Positions 39,342 through 51,992 of a DNA stretch of 64,000 nt are shown here, one piece after another. Both the position numbers and the translations under genes were made by a program. How positions within the stretch are numbered: position 1 is the stretch's first letter; every line of letters starts with the position of its first letter. The stretch is from contig NMRA01000323.1 in NCBI GenBank assembly GCA_002633005.1, positions 124,001 through 188,000 of the forward strand, in the 5' to 3' direction. Source of the DNA: Phoronis australis (taxonomy: Eukaryota; Animalia; Phoronida). Under the pieces are notes generated by a model that did no database searches, was not told the DNA's origin, and saw only the letters and a list, made by a program, of their open reading frames with translations.

Positions 39342-41713
39342 CCGTAATCGTTCGGGTTAACGCCCATGCTCAGTTAACCGCCCATCCCTGACTTTAAGTG
39401 GATTTTCAATTTAACCGCCCACCTCTCGGTTAAGCGCCCATCCCCCACTTTTAAAGAATGAAGATTTAGCGCCTAGTGCTAAGGAAACGCGCGATTCCCC
39501 GACTTTTAGAAAAAGATCAACGATCACAATGAGTGCAACGACGCCGGGACTCCGAGACGGTGGTTTTGCAATCTGAATTACAATACAGGTAACGAGTTAT
39601 TGTCTTGGGTCATGAACTCACTTCAAAATATAATACTTGAACCTTTTTGTCACTTTATTTTCTTCCCTTGTTTGCAAAGTTTAAGAACGCCGCCGGCGTC
39701 AAAACCTCCGCTTTCAGCGACTTTGTCTGCCGCGCTGAGTTTCCGTCTGCAGTGCACTAGATAAAACATATATTCGAAAAAATCAGGCCAGAGAAATGTG
39801 ACAATGGTTTTGCCAACCCTCCAAATTCTATTAAGGTGGGAAGCTCTCGTATTTTGAACAAATCTCACAACTCACGGAAAGATGTCAAATTCTCAATATT
39901 TTGATGAATATAACTGCCGGGTTATAGAGGATGTGGGGCGACCGAAGGGACAGTACAAGTGCCTTACTGGGTTACCGATTTCGTTGCTGCCTGTCGATTT
40001 CTGAATTCAAACGTTGGCAATAATGTATGTTTGTGTATGATCTTGAAGTAATAAAAAACGGCTAGTCAAATTTTGTTTTTCGCTTATTGCATCTCAGTCA
40101 AACTGGTTAGCAGATTTAACTAATGTCGCTGGCTGTTCTTTACTATTTCTTGCGTCAGCCCCCACGTAAGCGTGACTGTGTGAATTATCGTTTCCACATC
40201 CCCTTTTTAGCCATCCAGAATAATTTTGTTTATACATTGGCCATTTTCAGCCTGAACAAAAATTCTTACCATTCGAGTCTGAAATATCTACGACGTAGAC
40301 TGCTTGACGATAGTGGGTAGGAGATTCACACAGCTAGTTACAGGGATGGGCTTAGGGAGCATCGAGCCGGGAAATATGGGAATAGACTTGACATCGCAGT
40401 TTTGGGGAACATTGGCAATGGAGGAATATCGTAAAGAACTGGGTCTTTCGTAACAACAGCTTAAAAGTACATAGTCACGCCCGTTTTTGTTACTTCGTCG
40501 GACTGTCGCTATGTGTGACTGATTTGTAGTGGTGCACGTGCGCAAGTTCCCACACTTTGGAGTGCATGTTACCTTGACACCAACATGTGATTGACAGGTG
40601 ACTCACACGTAGGCCCTACGTGCGTGCTGAATACCGCCACTATCTTTGGCCATAAAAAACGAGATGCATATTGAAAGAGGCCGTTATATTACTTGACGGC
40701 ATTTCCAAGTCACGATTGTCAGCCGACTGAGACATTGCGCGATAACAGCGGGACCGAACAGTGCCGCAGTGCGATATTACAAGTGATATAAATAGGATAA
40801 TCTGGACATCTTGCATGAAAAATAAATGTTTTTCCACCACGAAGTTTGGTAAGGTGATCGTTTAGAATAATGAATTGAAACATTGCTGTTTTCTGACATT
40901 TTGTAACATATTTATGCAGTTGCTTGAAATTTTATTCTTGATCGACGACTGGCTCGACCACCCCCGATCCTTGTCTTACTTCTTTGCATAGCATGTTTGG
41001 CGCAACGGCAAGAGAGCAATGCCGGGCTGTCGAGATAAGACAGCTAGCCGCAGAACCATACGCTGAAAATGTCATTGAGTCACGGAGTGTCGACTATAAC
41101 ATCCCAAACACAAAAAAAAACAGAGTTAAGTTTTTCAAACTTTTATTACAACCAATTTTAAAACTGCTCTCTGACTCAGAACTTGACAGCTACATATAGT
41201 ACGAGACTGTAACCATAAATTTGATGTCTGACCTCTGCAACACGTGAAGCTTGCACGCGCGCACTTAAGCAGGGTCACATCTTGAAACAGTTTTAATTCT
41301 AGTGGAGGCTGCGTGGTGACTGGTCGTCTGCGCACCGCAGGACGGCACGGGGCTATTACTCAGCAATTTTGTAAATTTAATAGTGAATGACTAATCTGAG
41401 GGCAAGAGAACCTTTGTTGGGATCATCCGCTGTTATGACGTTTTCACAGTCATTTGGCGACGTGACGATAAAGCTCTTTGAAAAGGGCTACGCGTTCCGA
41501 GTATGATTGTCGTGTCGGGATTTAGATCGCCAGGTAAGATTAACCGCCCAGGGCGGTTGTCTGTCGTAATAAGCGCCCATGTTCGGTTAACCGCCCATCC
41601 CCTACTTTAGGTGGATTTTCAATTTAACCGCCCACTGCTCAGTTAACCGCCCTCCCCCGATTTTTTGGATTCGCCAATTTAACCGCCCAGGGCGTTAACC
41701 CGAACGATTACGG
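39342..41713. mobile_element. Non-autonomous Tc1/mariner-pogo-type DNA transposon (~2.37 kb)
   Basis: Perfect TIR CCGTAATCGTTCGGGTTAACGCCC / GGGCGTTAACCCGAACGATTACGG, TA on both flanks, subterminal TAACCGCCCA repeats at both ends, no transposase ORF. Confidence 0.88.
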
Positions 41714-41954
41714 TAGGTAACGCAGCACTGAAAAAGTGGGGGGACTAAGGCCCCTCAGCCCCCCCTGTGGTGTACCCCCTATAGACCATGTGCGCGTAAC
41801 ACTGAAAAAAGTGGGGCTATAGCTCCCTAGCCCCCTATGGCGCACCGCTATGAGTTTCGACAGGTGCATGGTGGTAAATGGTACCAGTGAATGTGGAGGT
41901 CAAGGCCACAATGAAGTGTCATTGTGTAATTTCAGTGTATGATGATTTGCAATA

Positions 41955-42313
41955 CCGTATTTGCCCTAATACGCGCCCATGCCCCTATAAGCACCCCCAC
42001 GCGTTTTCAGACTTTGCTAAAATAAGCGCCCAGTCCATGAATGCTGTGTACGTGCCAAAAATGCCTTAGCTACAGTTCTAAAATTCTAAAGTAACGTCTT
42101 GTAATTCAACAACAAAGTTTGATAGCAATGCACTGCAATTTTGTAGAAACTCTGTCATAGGTTACAGATGCGTCACAGAGCGTAAATTTGATGAATTCTA
42201 CTTTACGATTTTACCTATTTCGGAGACTGGGTTTCAACGACTTTGGGCTATAATAAGTGCCCCCCCCCCCCTCCTGAAGCGAATTTTTTTATTTTTCATT
42301 AGGACGAATACGG
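41955..42313. mobile_element. pogo-type MITE
   Basis: TA-CCGTATTTGCCCTAAT ... ATTAGGACGAATACGG-TA, with TAAG(C/T)GCCC subterminal repeats. Confidence 0.7.
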
Positions 42314-42455
42314 TAAGTATATAAATCAATTAAAGTTGCGTTAGGAACCGGACACACCAGGACAACTCGGTTAAATTTGAATTCTCCAGCTCTAGGCGCA
42401 TGCATAGAATTAAGAAAATATATTTGAACGTGTAATAATGCTAAGTGTAAGATCT

Positions 42456-42671
42456 TGTTGGATACATGGATCCCAGATTTGAGAACCATTTACTCCCAAT
42501 GAATAACGCCTGTTATTCAGTAACTGGTAATTGTTGGATACATGGATCCTAGATTTGAGAACCATTTACTCCAAATGAATAACGCCTGTTGTTCAGTAAC
42601 TGGTAATTGTTGGATACATGGGCCCAGATTTGAAAACCATTTACTCCCAGTGAATAACGCCTGTTATTCAG
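42456..42671. repeat. Tandem repeat, ~76-bp unit x~2.8
   Basis: TTGTTGGATACATGG..CAGATTTGAGAACCATTTACTCC...GAATAACGCCTGTT occurs three times. Confidence 0.9.
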
Positions 42672-43410
42672 TGGTAGTAACAGGTCCTCGAATCAATTTT
42701 AAATCAGGGATCAACCTATCAGACTATTACCAAGTAGTAAACTAATGTATATAATGAAACTCTGCTTATCATCGTTTATTATAATCATGCTCAATGTAAA
42801 TTAGTTGCTTGACCATGCATAGCAGACAATTTCTTCATCCATTCTATACCATGGGCAATTACTGAGATAACTAGGCAGGTCTGTGGTTTATTAAACTATG
42901 GACTAATCGGTGCAGTATAACTCGCATTGACCCACGACCTCTTTTGTTAACGTGAACACAATAAATAAATAAAATTTGCTATTTTTACGTGCATTTCATC
43001 AGTGTTCACTGGGGCTCCACCATTTTAGAAAACTAATGTGAAGGTCGTTGCCTGGTCCCTGACTTTATTCATTTCCTGTGCATTGTCGCATTACCAGACT
43101 TTACCGAATGCAGGTCACTAAGGAAACACGAGGGAAAAAAGGAATGAAATGGTTATATGTTTAACATGGAGAAAGGTTCAAAATCTAATTTTAAATGATT
43201 GTTTTTCATGTTGGATCCACAAACATCAACAGCTGCCGTATAACTTCGTCTCTTGCAAATTCATTTTTCCTTGCAATTTTCTACGTCAGGATTAAGTGTG
43301 TGGTGGTCAGTTTTGACAAGATTTTGAGTGGCTGTGCCAAAAAAGGAGTGGGGCGGGCTGCCCAAGTTTTTATACTCACTAAACTCAGGTGAAACACTGT
43401 AATAATTCTT

Positions 43411-43717
43411 CAAGGCACCCAAACATAGACATGAACAATCGGGTATATATAAGTACACAAACCTGCATTTTTAAGTGAGCAGTACAAAAATACGAGGAGA
43501 CATTTTAAAATTTTTAGTTTACCAACTTATAGATATGATTGTTTAGATCATTTTCAATTAGTTTGTACGCTCAAGTTACTGTTAGTGTGCTCAGAAATTG
43601 ATCTAAACGCTAGGTTGGTGAACTAAAAATTTTAAACTGTATGATATATACACACTCGAAAGAGCAGGTTTGTGAACTCGCGTAACTGATTGTGCACGCA
43701 AATGTTTGGGTGCCTTG
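43411..43717. mobile_element. MITE-like element with long imperfect inverted repeats
   Basis: CAAGGCACCCAAACAT...CACAAACCTGC versus GCAGGTTTGTG...ATGTTTGGGTGCCTTG. Confidence 0.6.
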
Positions 43718-43830
43718 CTCTTATACAATATCAACACTGCTGATTTTAGTAACGCAATATTTTGCATGTATATGCACTCTCAGGTTTGGGTAAGATGCTT
43801 TCTATTAAATATGTTTGGATTTCTGTAATT

Positions 43831-44040
43831 GACCGGTATCAATCCTGCAGTGGACTAGAGCATCTGCACAGTTAGCAGAAAGTCATGGGTTCAAGCCCTG
43901 GTCTGGACAGAGATGTTGTCAGACTTAACTGTACGTCATGTGATGTTGTAACCAACGTGGCGTGTAAGAAGGCCTCTTATATAACAATGCATTTAATCTG
44001 GTGCATCGTATGTTTCATGGAAAAGATCATAAAATAAAGT
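43831..44040 (+). mobile_element. tRNA-derived SINE-like element
   Basis: Pol III A-box-like CAGTGGACTAGAGC and B-box GGGTTCAAGCCC at tRNA spacing; the body ends in AATAAA. Confidence 0.5.
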
Positions 44041-44052
44041 CTCTCTTGTCAG

Positions 44053-44072
44053 CCATGTTGTGTCCTAAATCG
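44053..44072 (+). other. Candidate 20-nt 5'UTR microexon of LARGE containing an upstream ATG
   Basis: tctctcttgtcag|CCATGTTGTGTCCTAAATCG|gtaagt has strong consensus at both ends. Confidence 0.5.
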
Positions 44073-44199
44073 GTAAGTTTTTACCATACCAGTCATTTTG
44101 GCTATTGGCAGAATTAGCCGTCCTGACGGGTAAACTGTGTTTTTGTCTGAATGCTTTTGTCATGTACCGTATGTGTTGGTTACAGGGTGAGCTGACAGG

Positions 44200-44290
44200 A
44201 TGCGACTGAAGAAGCGTGTGGGCCTGCTCTTTCTCTTCCTCTGTGGGGTGCCAGCAATGATCCTTGTCTACCTTGCTCTCGGCGCACACC
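44200..44290 (+). CDS. LARGE1: LARGE coding exon 1 (cytoplasmic tail and type II signal anchor)
   Basis: MRLKKRVGLLFLFLCGVPAMILVYLALGAH: basic residues plus a TM helix, like human RRKFL..LLCIPAITWIYL. The phase-1 gtaagt donor fits the next exon. Confidence 0.85.
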
Positions 44291-46739
44291 GTAAGTTTAC
44301 CCATGGCATATGCTCCAGATTACGCTAGATATTCCTCAATGCCAGAACGTCTCTTTTGCTTTCGACCCTGAATTTATCTGAAAAAGGACGAGTTTCACAG
44401 TGATTGTTTTGTGAAAATTGCTTTTCATTTAATTAAAAACTTTTCGTAATGACTGTATACACCTTGTGCAAAGCATTTTCTTTTAGTATGGTCGTATGTT
44501 TCCACATTGTAAATACAATACCAATTTGGATTTCACATTTACATTTACACTTAGATTTTTGTTACATAACTCGCAACAAGTAGGCATGCCAACATTTGAA
44601 CATAATCTTCAGTCTTCAAATATCTAACAGTCATTGTAATTCTAAATTAGTCTATAGTAAAACTGCAAATCCACCTCCATCCATTTGACTCATTGAGAAG
44701 GTCTATATTACTTGCTAGTGTCACATGGCATGTCAGAGATAAAGTTTATAAAAAATGTATTTCCTGTTATACTTTTTATACAAAAGGTGATTTATCTTAT
44801 TCATACCCGAGCTTATGGGAATTATGCGCGTGGGGTAAAATTTCTGTAGAGAGATCTATTCACATTTAATATTTATCTTTACTAGATCAACATCAGTCTC
44901 CAACTGAGTGGTTCTGCATTATGAACGAATAAATCCTGGATGTTTTATGACCTCTATCAATTAGAACCCATTCGCAAGTGGAGACAACAGTACTGCATGT
45001 ATTTGTGGTTAGCTTTTCAAAAGGCATTTTGACAACTTTTTGTACTGATGTAGTTTAACCTTGTACTCAAAAAAGAATTTGTAACCTTTTTTGATTTCTG
45101 TCGCTGAGATGGGCCCTGCTGTAGAGTTCCTACTCATTAAGCGAACGCTTTCATGGCCGAAACAATAATGTGGATACGTCGTTCTTTCGTGAGAATCTGG
45201 TGGTGAAAAACCCACCGTTCTTAATACCTCGGGGCATATGAGCTCCATCCCAGATGTGGAACAATTGGGTAATTTAACTGGTGTTAACATGTCCAGTTTC
45301 AGATCATGAAGTATTTTGTGTGACAAGCGCAAAATCAAAAAGCACACGTCGGAAAAATAGCAAATTACACTACTTGTGAGCCTGGGATATATAGATGTGC
45401 ATATTGCAGTCTTGATTTTGTTCAATGTAGTATATACATCATCAGTGTTCCAGTCTGATCAATAAAATCATTCGCCCCAAGTCTCCACTGAACACTGGGA
45501 AATTCACGACATTCATGTCGGGTGTAGGGACCGACATCGATCAGGATATGAAATGAAGACGTGTGTGATCTCAAAATATGGCCGTGTCTGTGCCCACGAA
45601 GAATGAAATTACGTAAAAATTCTCCAGTTTGAGAGTCTCTAAAAATTTAAGGCACGGAAATCTAAAATGAAATTGATTTATTTATTCGGAAGATTGGGGC
45701 TTGGGTAACCGTGGCATTCGTTTTTTTTAACATCATCAGGCACTGCCTGACTTGGCTGTTTATAAAATTGTTGAAAATAGCCACAAGTGTGTTCCCATAC
45801 TGTGTAACATCAGGAAGAAGGGTCATTTGTAGTTTATTGTAAACAATAAATATGGGACAATACCTAGTGTCTATTTCTAAAACGTGGTTTGAACTCCGGC
45901 CTTGAGGAAAATAAATTAATTTTTCACCTTCTCAAACTAGAGAATTTTAACCATAAGCATATTTTATGTGTGCAAGTGCAAATTCAGGCTAAGAGCTTGT
46001 GTTTCTTGACACTAACCCCTGGACATTGAGAAGAGCTCTAGCAATGTGTGCAGCGAAGGGACGTTTGTGTGTTGCGTGCACTCTTCGCCCCTTAGAACGA
46101 TAGAATTGTGTCGTTCTAGCAAAACGCACTCAAGTTTGAACTCTGAAGAGTATATCTAAATAGATGTGTACACCACTGGCTTTGTACTCTGTTGGGGTTG
46201 AAGTTATGGCCGATGTGGAAGTCCATCACGTCAAAGCAATGGCCGTTTGCCAAATTAACTTTGTAATTATTTTTACCCAAGTTTTCACAGTAAGATAAGT
46301 ATTCCTTTGTTTCCTAGACAACGGCCAATTTGTAAATGTAATTAGCTCGTCATCAGAATTAATCGCTATCAACTGCCACCGAAATGAGTGGCATGTTCTC
46401 TTTTTGCTTCCTGGTCATTGTCACATGATGTAGTTATAGTTCAAGTAGTTGAACTGTTCACTGCATTTCAAGTCATACCAGTGTTATGTGTTGTAGACTT
46501 CTTTGTTACACCGCAGTTAGGTGCTGATTACCGGGGATAACGTGATTCTGATGGAGACGTGATCTGATTTTTTGCACAAGCACAAAAAATGGTTCACAAA
46601 TCGTTGGGCACAAACATGTTTTTGGACATTTACAATCTGGCCTTTCTCAAATCATGTCATTTTCTTCAAGGGCAATAAATCTTGCCAAAAAAAAACGCAT
46701 GGTCATATGACCCAATTAATGACAACTAGTTTCCATTGT

Positions 46740-47000
46740 CAGGGCTTGGAATGACCAAATGACAAAAACAAGAGAAAAAATTTCCAGGTGATGTGACATA
46801 TTTTTCCACAAATAAATAGGCTTTTGTGATAGAAAGATTCTTTTGTGTTGTAAAACATAACGAAATAAATGTTTTTGCATTAATTAAGTCAAAATAATGA
46901 TCAATAAGAGACGAAAAAAGAGGAAACTGGAAGTCAAATAAGAGGAAATCGAAACCCAAAACCAGGAAATCCTCTTAAAAGAGGAAAATTCCAAGCCCTG
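46740..47000. mobile_element. MITE family with CAGGGCTTGGAAT TIRs (hAT-like termini)
   Basis: CAGGGCTTGGAAT / ATTCCAAGCCCTG. Related copies at 54395-54631, ~25547-25710 and ~35620-35780. No clear TSD. Confidence 0.7.
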
Positions 47001-47979
47001 AATTTACGTTGGTTTAGGATATGTTTATAAAAGATCGTTATAATTCATCGCCTGCTTAGCACACAATATGGCGGACAAGTGAAATTCAATTTTGTCAAAG
47101 TTCTCCACAAAAATATAGATATGTTTCAATTTAGCCATTTACTAACATGATTTGTGCTCAGCTGTGTAGATGTCATAGAACAACATTTGGTAAAGTTTCC
47201 ATTATTTGTTGCTATGTAACCAGTCTTTGAAAAATGGAATTTTGGCAATTATTTTTGTGTGAAATAGGTGGATCATTACCATACTTCAACTGGTTGCTCT
47301 GTTCATTTCTAAATTGGATTTTTGATTGGGCAATTACTGTCCATGGTTTTTTGTGCTGATTTAAAACACTATAGACTCATTGGAGTTCGGTGATTGATAA
47401 TAGTTTTGGGTGGCATTACTTCAACAAGTTTATCAGCTCTGTCATAAATTCTGTGTCTGAATGATAGCACATTTTTGTCTGATTGATGTGTCTACTATGT
47501 CTCAAAGCATATTGTTTTGGCTGCAACTGGACACAAGATGGCGTTGTGGTGCTCCTTTTTTGCTTTCAGTTGTCATAGCTTTGCTGCCCTTTGGTTCATT
47601 TTTCTGAAATTGGAAATCTGGATACTTATCATCAATTGGTTTGTGGAATGTGCCATTAGTTTCTCACTCCAACACAAAATGACATTGTGGTGGTCCTTTA
47701 TTTGCTTTTAATAGTCACTGCCCTTGGATTGATTTTTCTGAAATTGGGAATCTAGATAGATCTCATTAAGTGCTTTGTGGAATATATGCCGTCGGTTTCT
47801 CGCTCCGACTTACTGTTCTCGTTTTGCTCCAGATTTTCTGGTGATTGTTTTTAATTGAAATTTCCGTTTATCGTTTATATTCACCAAGCGTTGGTCTCCT
47901 GCAATGATACGTAAGTCCTGTCAAAATTGCAAATTCAATCTTCTTGTTGGAGCTATCAATGACCTCCATTCAGTCTATA

Positions 47980-48484
47980 GGGCCTTTCATACTAACGTTG
48001 ACGTGTCGATGGTTTGGGGAGTTGCGGTCAGTATGAACGCTTAACTCCGGTCCTGGATCGCAGTTAAGAGCTCCAGTTAACATCGCAGTTAATAGGTGGC
48101 TTTAAGACCGTAGTGTCGATGCTGCGGTGCAGTATGAACGCTTAACTCCGGTCCAATCGAAGTTATCGCCAGGTGCCACTGTTATCATCAACAGTTACAG
48201 AGTAGTGCCGTCACTAATAACTACTTATTTTTGGGTATAATGATAACCAATCGATTTAAAAATGAGTTTTATGTCATTTAGCACATTTAAATGTTCCAAA
48301 TTGTCACATTGAAAAAAATCTTAGCGTGCAGCGCTACCTTGCGATAACTTCGATGACGTCAGGGTCACCAACCCTTTACTTTGATGGTCATTAACTACCG
48401 AAGCCAGTATGAACGGTCCAGTTAACTGCGCTGTTTACGTCGACCCTCCGCTCAGACCGGAGTTAAGTCAATATGAAAGGGCCT
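47980..48484. mobile_element. PIF/Harbinger-like MITE
   Basis: GGGCCTTTCATA ... TATGAAAGGGCC termini with TA/TTA flanks; internal CAGTATGAACG and TTAACTCCGGTC repeats. Confidence 0.65.
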
Positions 48485-51057
48485 TATGGCTGTGTGTTAT
48501 GTAATTAAGGACCCCCATAAAACAAAACAAAACATGCTTCTACTCCAACATGTGAACCAAGTCTGTGGTTTCAGGCGGTTTTCATAAGTGTCACATTTCA
48601 AGCTTCAGGGATACAGTAAAGTCTCGCCAGTTTTGACATTAAAAAATAATCATATGGATGAAATTGACCTTTTATTTAATTTCCAAAGGCTTCTTGGTTC
48701 AGTTCACAAGTTCTCAAAGCATTGTCTGAGGATAAAAAGTGTTGGCACAGAACTTGAAAATGATAAGCAAATGTTTGCTGTCCTGAATATCTTAGTTTTG
48801 CCATATGGAGGGTCAGAGTCTTGGAAAACTGTTCAAACAGAAAGAGAACGTACAAGCATTGACCCTTCATGAACAGATATGGGAAATTTCCAGGGCATCT
48901 ACTGGGAAAATGTTGTATTTTTATCTTTTCCCATAAGCCCTTGTGGCAGCTTGTGGTTTCACCAACTAAAGTGCCTGCGAAAACACTTGGGTGTTTTAGC
49001 CAGACTTACAGCTATCCTCGAAAGGTAATTTTCCCAACATGCAGTTAGTTTGTTTTCTCACCACCTGAATTGCTTCTAATAAGTGAAAATTGATGTCAAA
49101 ACATATCCACTTTTGTCAATAAATTGATTAGTATCAGGTAACCAAAGACTTCTTACCTGTGCTTGGTTCACACTCTACTATAAATTGATTAATGAGACCT
49201 CACACACCGCCTCTTACCTCTGCCACATGTGTCCTCTGAAGTAAAGTTTCGAAAATTGTCAGAAGTTCTGAGGTAACTCTAACTGCCAGCAAAAGTGACT
49301 CTTATCAACCGTTTACAAGACGAGCAGTTTTGCTTTTAGCAAAAAGCGCTAACAAAAATGAGAACGGGATATCAGTCATTGGTGTCATTTGGGAAACATA
49401 AGAATGCAAACTGTTAAAGCTGCTATAAACAAATGCACTTTCCACTTAAACAACTGGTGTTAACCGCTTAAAACAACTGGTGTTAACCACTTAAACAACT
49501 GATGTTAAGGTTATCTCAAACCTTATTCACAAAAATGGCCATTTTTACAATATTTCACATGTGTCTAGTAAAATACCTTATCGTCATTCTCGGGGTACTT
49601 CAAATACAAAATATCTACTGCATAGGGAGAAAAAAAAAGATTTAACAGAACCACCTTGTAACCGGACAACCACATGGATATTTGTTTACTACTTCTCCGA
49701 GGTCAAAGGTTAAAGGGCTTTCAATCAAATCGAATCTCCTGTCAGGTACAGAACAGCTTCGTATACCCTTAATACTTTCATTCACAAAATCGACGTAACA
49801 TTGAGTCAACGAGGTGTATTTATGGTAGAGTAGTGCCGGAGAAAACAAAGACATAACATAGTTTTGATCCTAAGGGAGTTGTGCGTCTACATGCATACGA
49901 CCGTTGGCGTTGAGAATGAATGCTATGAGTCGCCTCAGGCCTCTGTGGTCATGAACACAGCAAGTTGTGAAAAGAGTTAATTCTCACCCTAATTCCTTTA
50001 TTCAATTAATAAATTGACATTTCAATGTCTAGATCTCATGCTAACGACATGCTTTAACCACCAATTCGATTTTTGTTATCCATTTCTTACTTGGTTTCGT
50101 ATTAATCTCCCAGCACGTGAAATTTTGTGAGATTGATCTGGAGAAATAACTAGCAGGCAGTTTCGCCGAAGCCCAGAATCCGAGATAGAGCTAATTTCAT
50201 TATGGTTAGAAGACTAATTAAAACTTGTAGAAAGCTCAGTTTAATGGCTAATGCCATTTAAATTTTTATTTGAAATTGCACCCGTGTCACTTAATGTGTG
50301 CAGGAATAACATTAAACATACATGATTAATTCATGTGACAGTTAATTAGTTTTGAATTCTGGAAACTGCGTAGTAGCATAGTGTAAGTAAGGTTACCGTA
50401 GTGATCATTTTGTTTCCACTTTGCCCAATTTGTCAAAAAATTCCTAACAGTGGAAGTAAGTTTTAAGACTTGGCCTTGTTGTATTTTATGTTATTGTAAG
50501 GTAGATGAGGTTTGTAATGCGTTTTAGTCAGTTTAGCAGGATTATTATGTTACTTACTGTGGAAGGTGTTTTCAACCTGTAAGTCGATTTACTTGCAGGC
50601 TGAGTTCCTTATCTATGTGATTGCTTGGTCAAATTAGTTAGAAACACAAGGTATAGCCACAATGTGAATATGCAGTAGGCTGAAAATTGCCAAATGCTTT
50701 TAAGAGTTATGCATTGAAAATAATCGCCATAAATCACTTAACCGTGACCAGTAAGTTTCATGACGTGACGTGGAGTTGGGGTATGATGTATGATGCAGGT
50801 TAATTGAGCACCTGAGGTATGTCATTAGCGCAAAGGTCACCTATTGGCAGAATTTTTTTGTTTTCGCATTTACGAGTTGTCAGTAAATACAACTGCCCTT
50901 TGTTTAGAATAGATGATGTCCAAATAGTGTTGTCCTTTAGTTCCTGCTATACATTAGCATAGGAAGGAGCTTGCAAATATATCTTTAAAACAAACTGGCT
51001 GCAAGCTGCAGAATGCAAACATAGAGACTGACGAATTGATTTGGCATTAATTTTACT

Positions 51058-51992
51058 ATGCGCCCACATATTTATATGTGGACGCATTATGCCGTCATCT
51101 CCGTCCGTCTGGCGTCCGCTGCTATATCTCCAAAACCGATTGACTTATGTTTCTGAAATGTTGCTCATGTGTTCCTTTCATGAGCGGGGCAGCATGAGCA
51201 AACCTTCGGATCGATCCGACTACCGGTGTGCCCCCTTGTAGCAATTTTTGGATTTTTACGTTTACCTCTGTGTCTTCAAAGGTTCTCGACATATTTTTAC
51301 AAAATTAAGTATATAGGCATCTATTAGTGAGACGACGGTATCCTCCCGCTTTCGGATGGATTTGACGTAGTTTGTACCACCTAGCGGTTGACGATTTTCC
51401 AATGACTTTGACTACTGTGGTGCCCCCTATTGGCAGTTTTGTTTTTTGTGCCTATCGTTATATCTCCTAAACCATTTGCAGGATCTTTACTAAATTGAAG
51501 AAGTGTATTTATATGATGTTGGCAACTGACGACGACGATTTTCGGATGGATCTGACTACTGGTGTGCCCCTTGGTGGCAATTTCAGTTTTACGTTTACAT
51601 CTTTATCTTCAAATGTCCTCAATGGATTTTCATAAAATTTTGAATACAGGCATCTGTATCTCCTAAACCCACTGCAGGATATTTATTAAATTTAATTAGT
51701 ATGTGTATTTATACGAAACTAACAACAGACAATGATGACTTTCAGGTGGATCCAAGGAACAGTGTGCCCCCTAGTGGCAATTTCATTTTATTCTGTTTTC
51801 CTCAGTTTCTTTCTCTGAAGTTCCACGACGGATTTCTATGAAATTTGGTGTATAGCTTTCTATTAAAGAAGCAATGACATGTTCCCGTTTTTGCACCATC
51901 TAGTGGCCTTTTTTATGACACAAATAACCCTAAAAGCACACCATTTGGGATGCATTCGTGGGCGCATTTCAACGCTCCGTGTTGTTCTTGTT
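51058..51992 (+). mobile_element. HINE-like element, second near-complete copy
   Basis: Sub-TIRs ATGCGCCCA / TGGGCGCAT, 3' hairpin CAACGCTCCGTGTTG, and the same internal units as 37567-39174. Confidence 0.78.

Noticed and set aside
43831-43905. tRNA gene
   Set aside because: It has A/B boxes but poor cloverleaf pairing and continues into a SINE-like body.
45009-45425. 138-aa minus-strand ORF in a LARGE intron
   Set aside because: Non-ATG start, no recognisable domain and no supporting splice sites.
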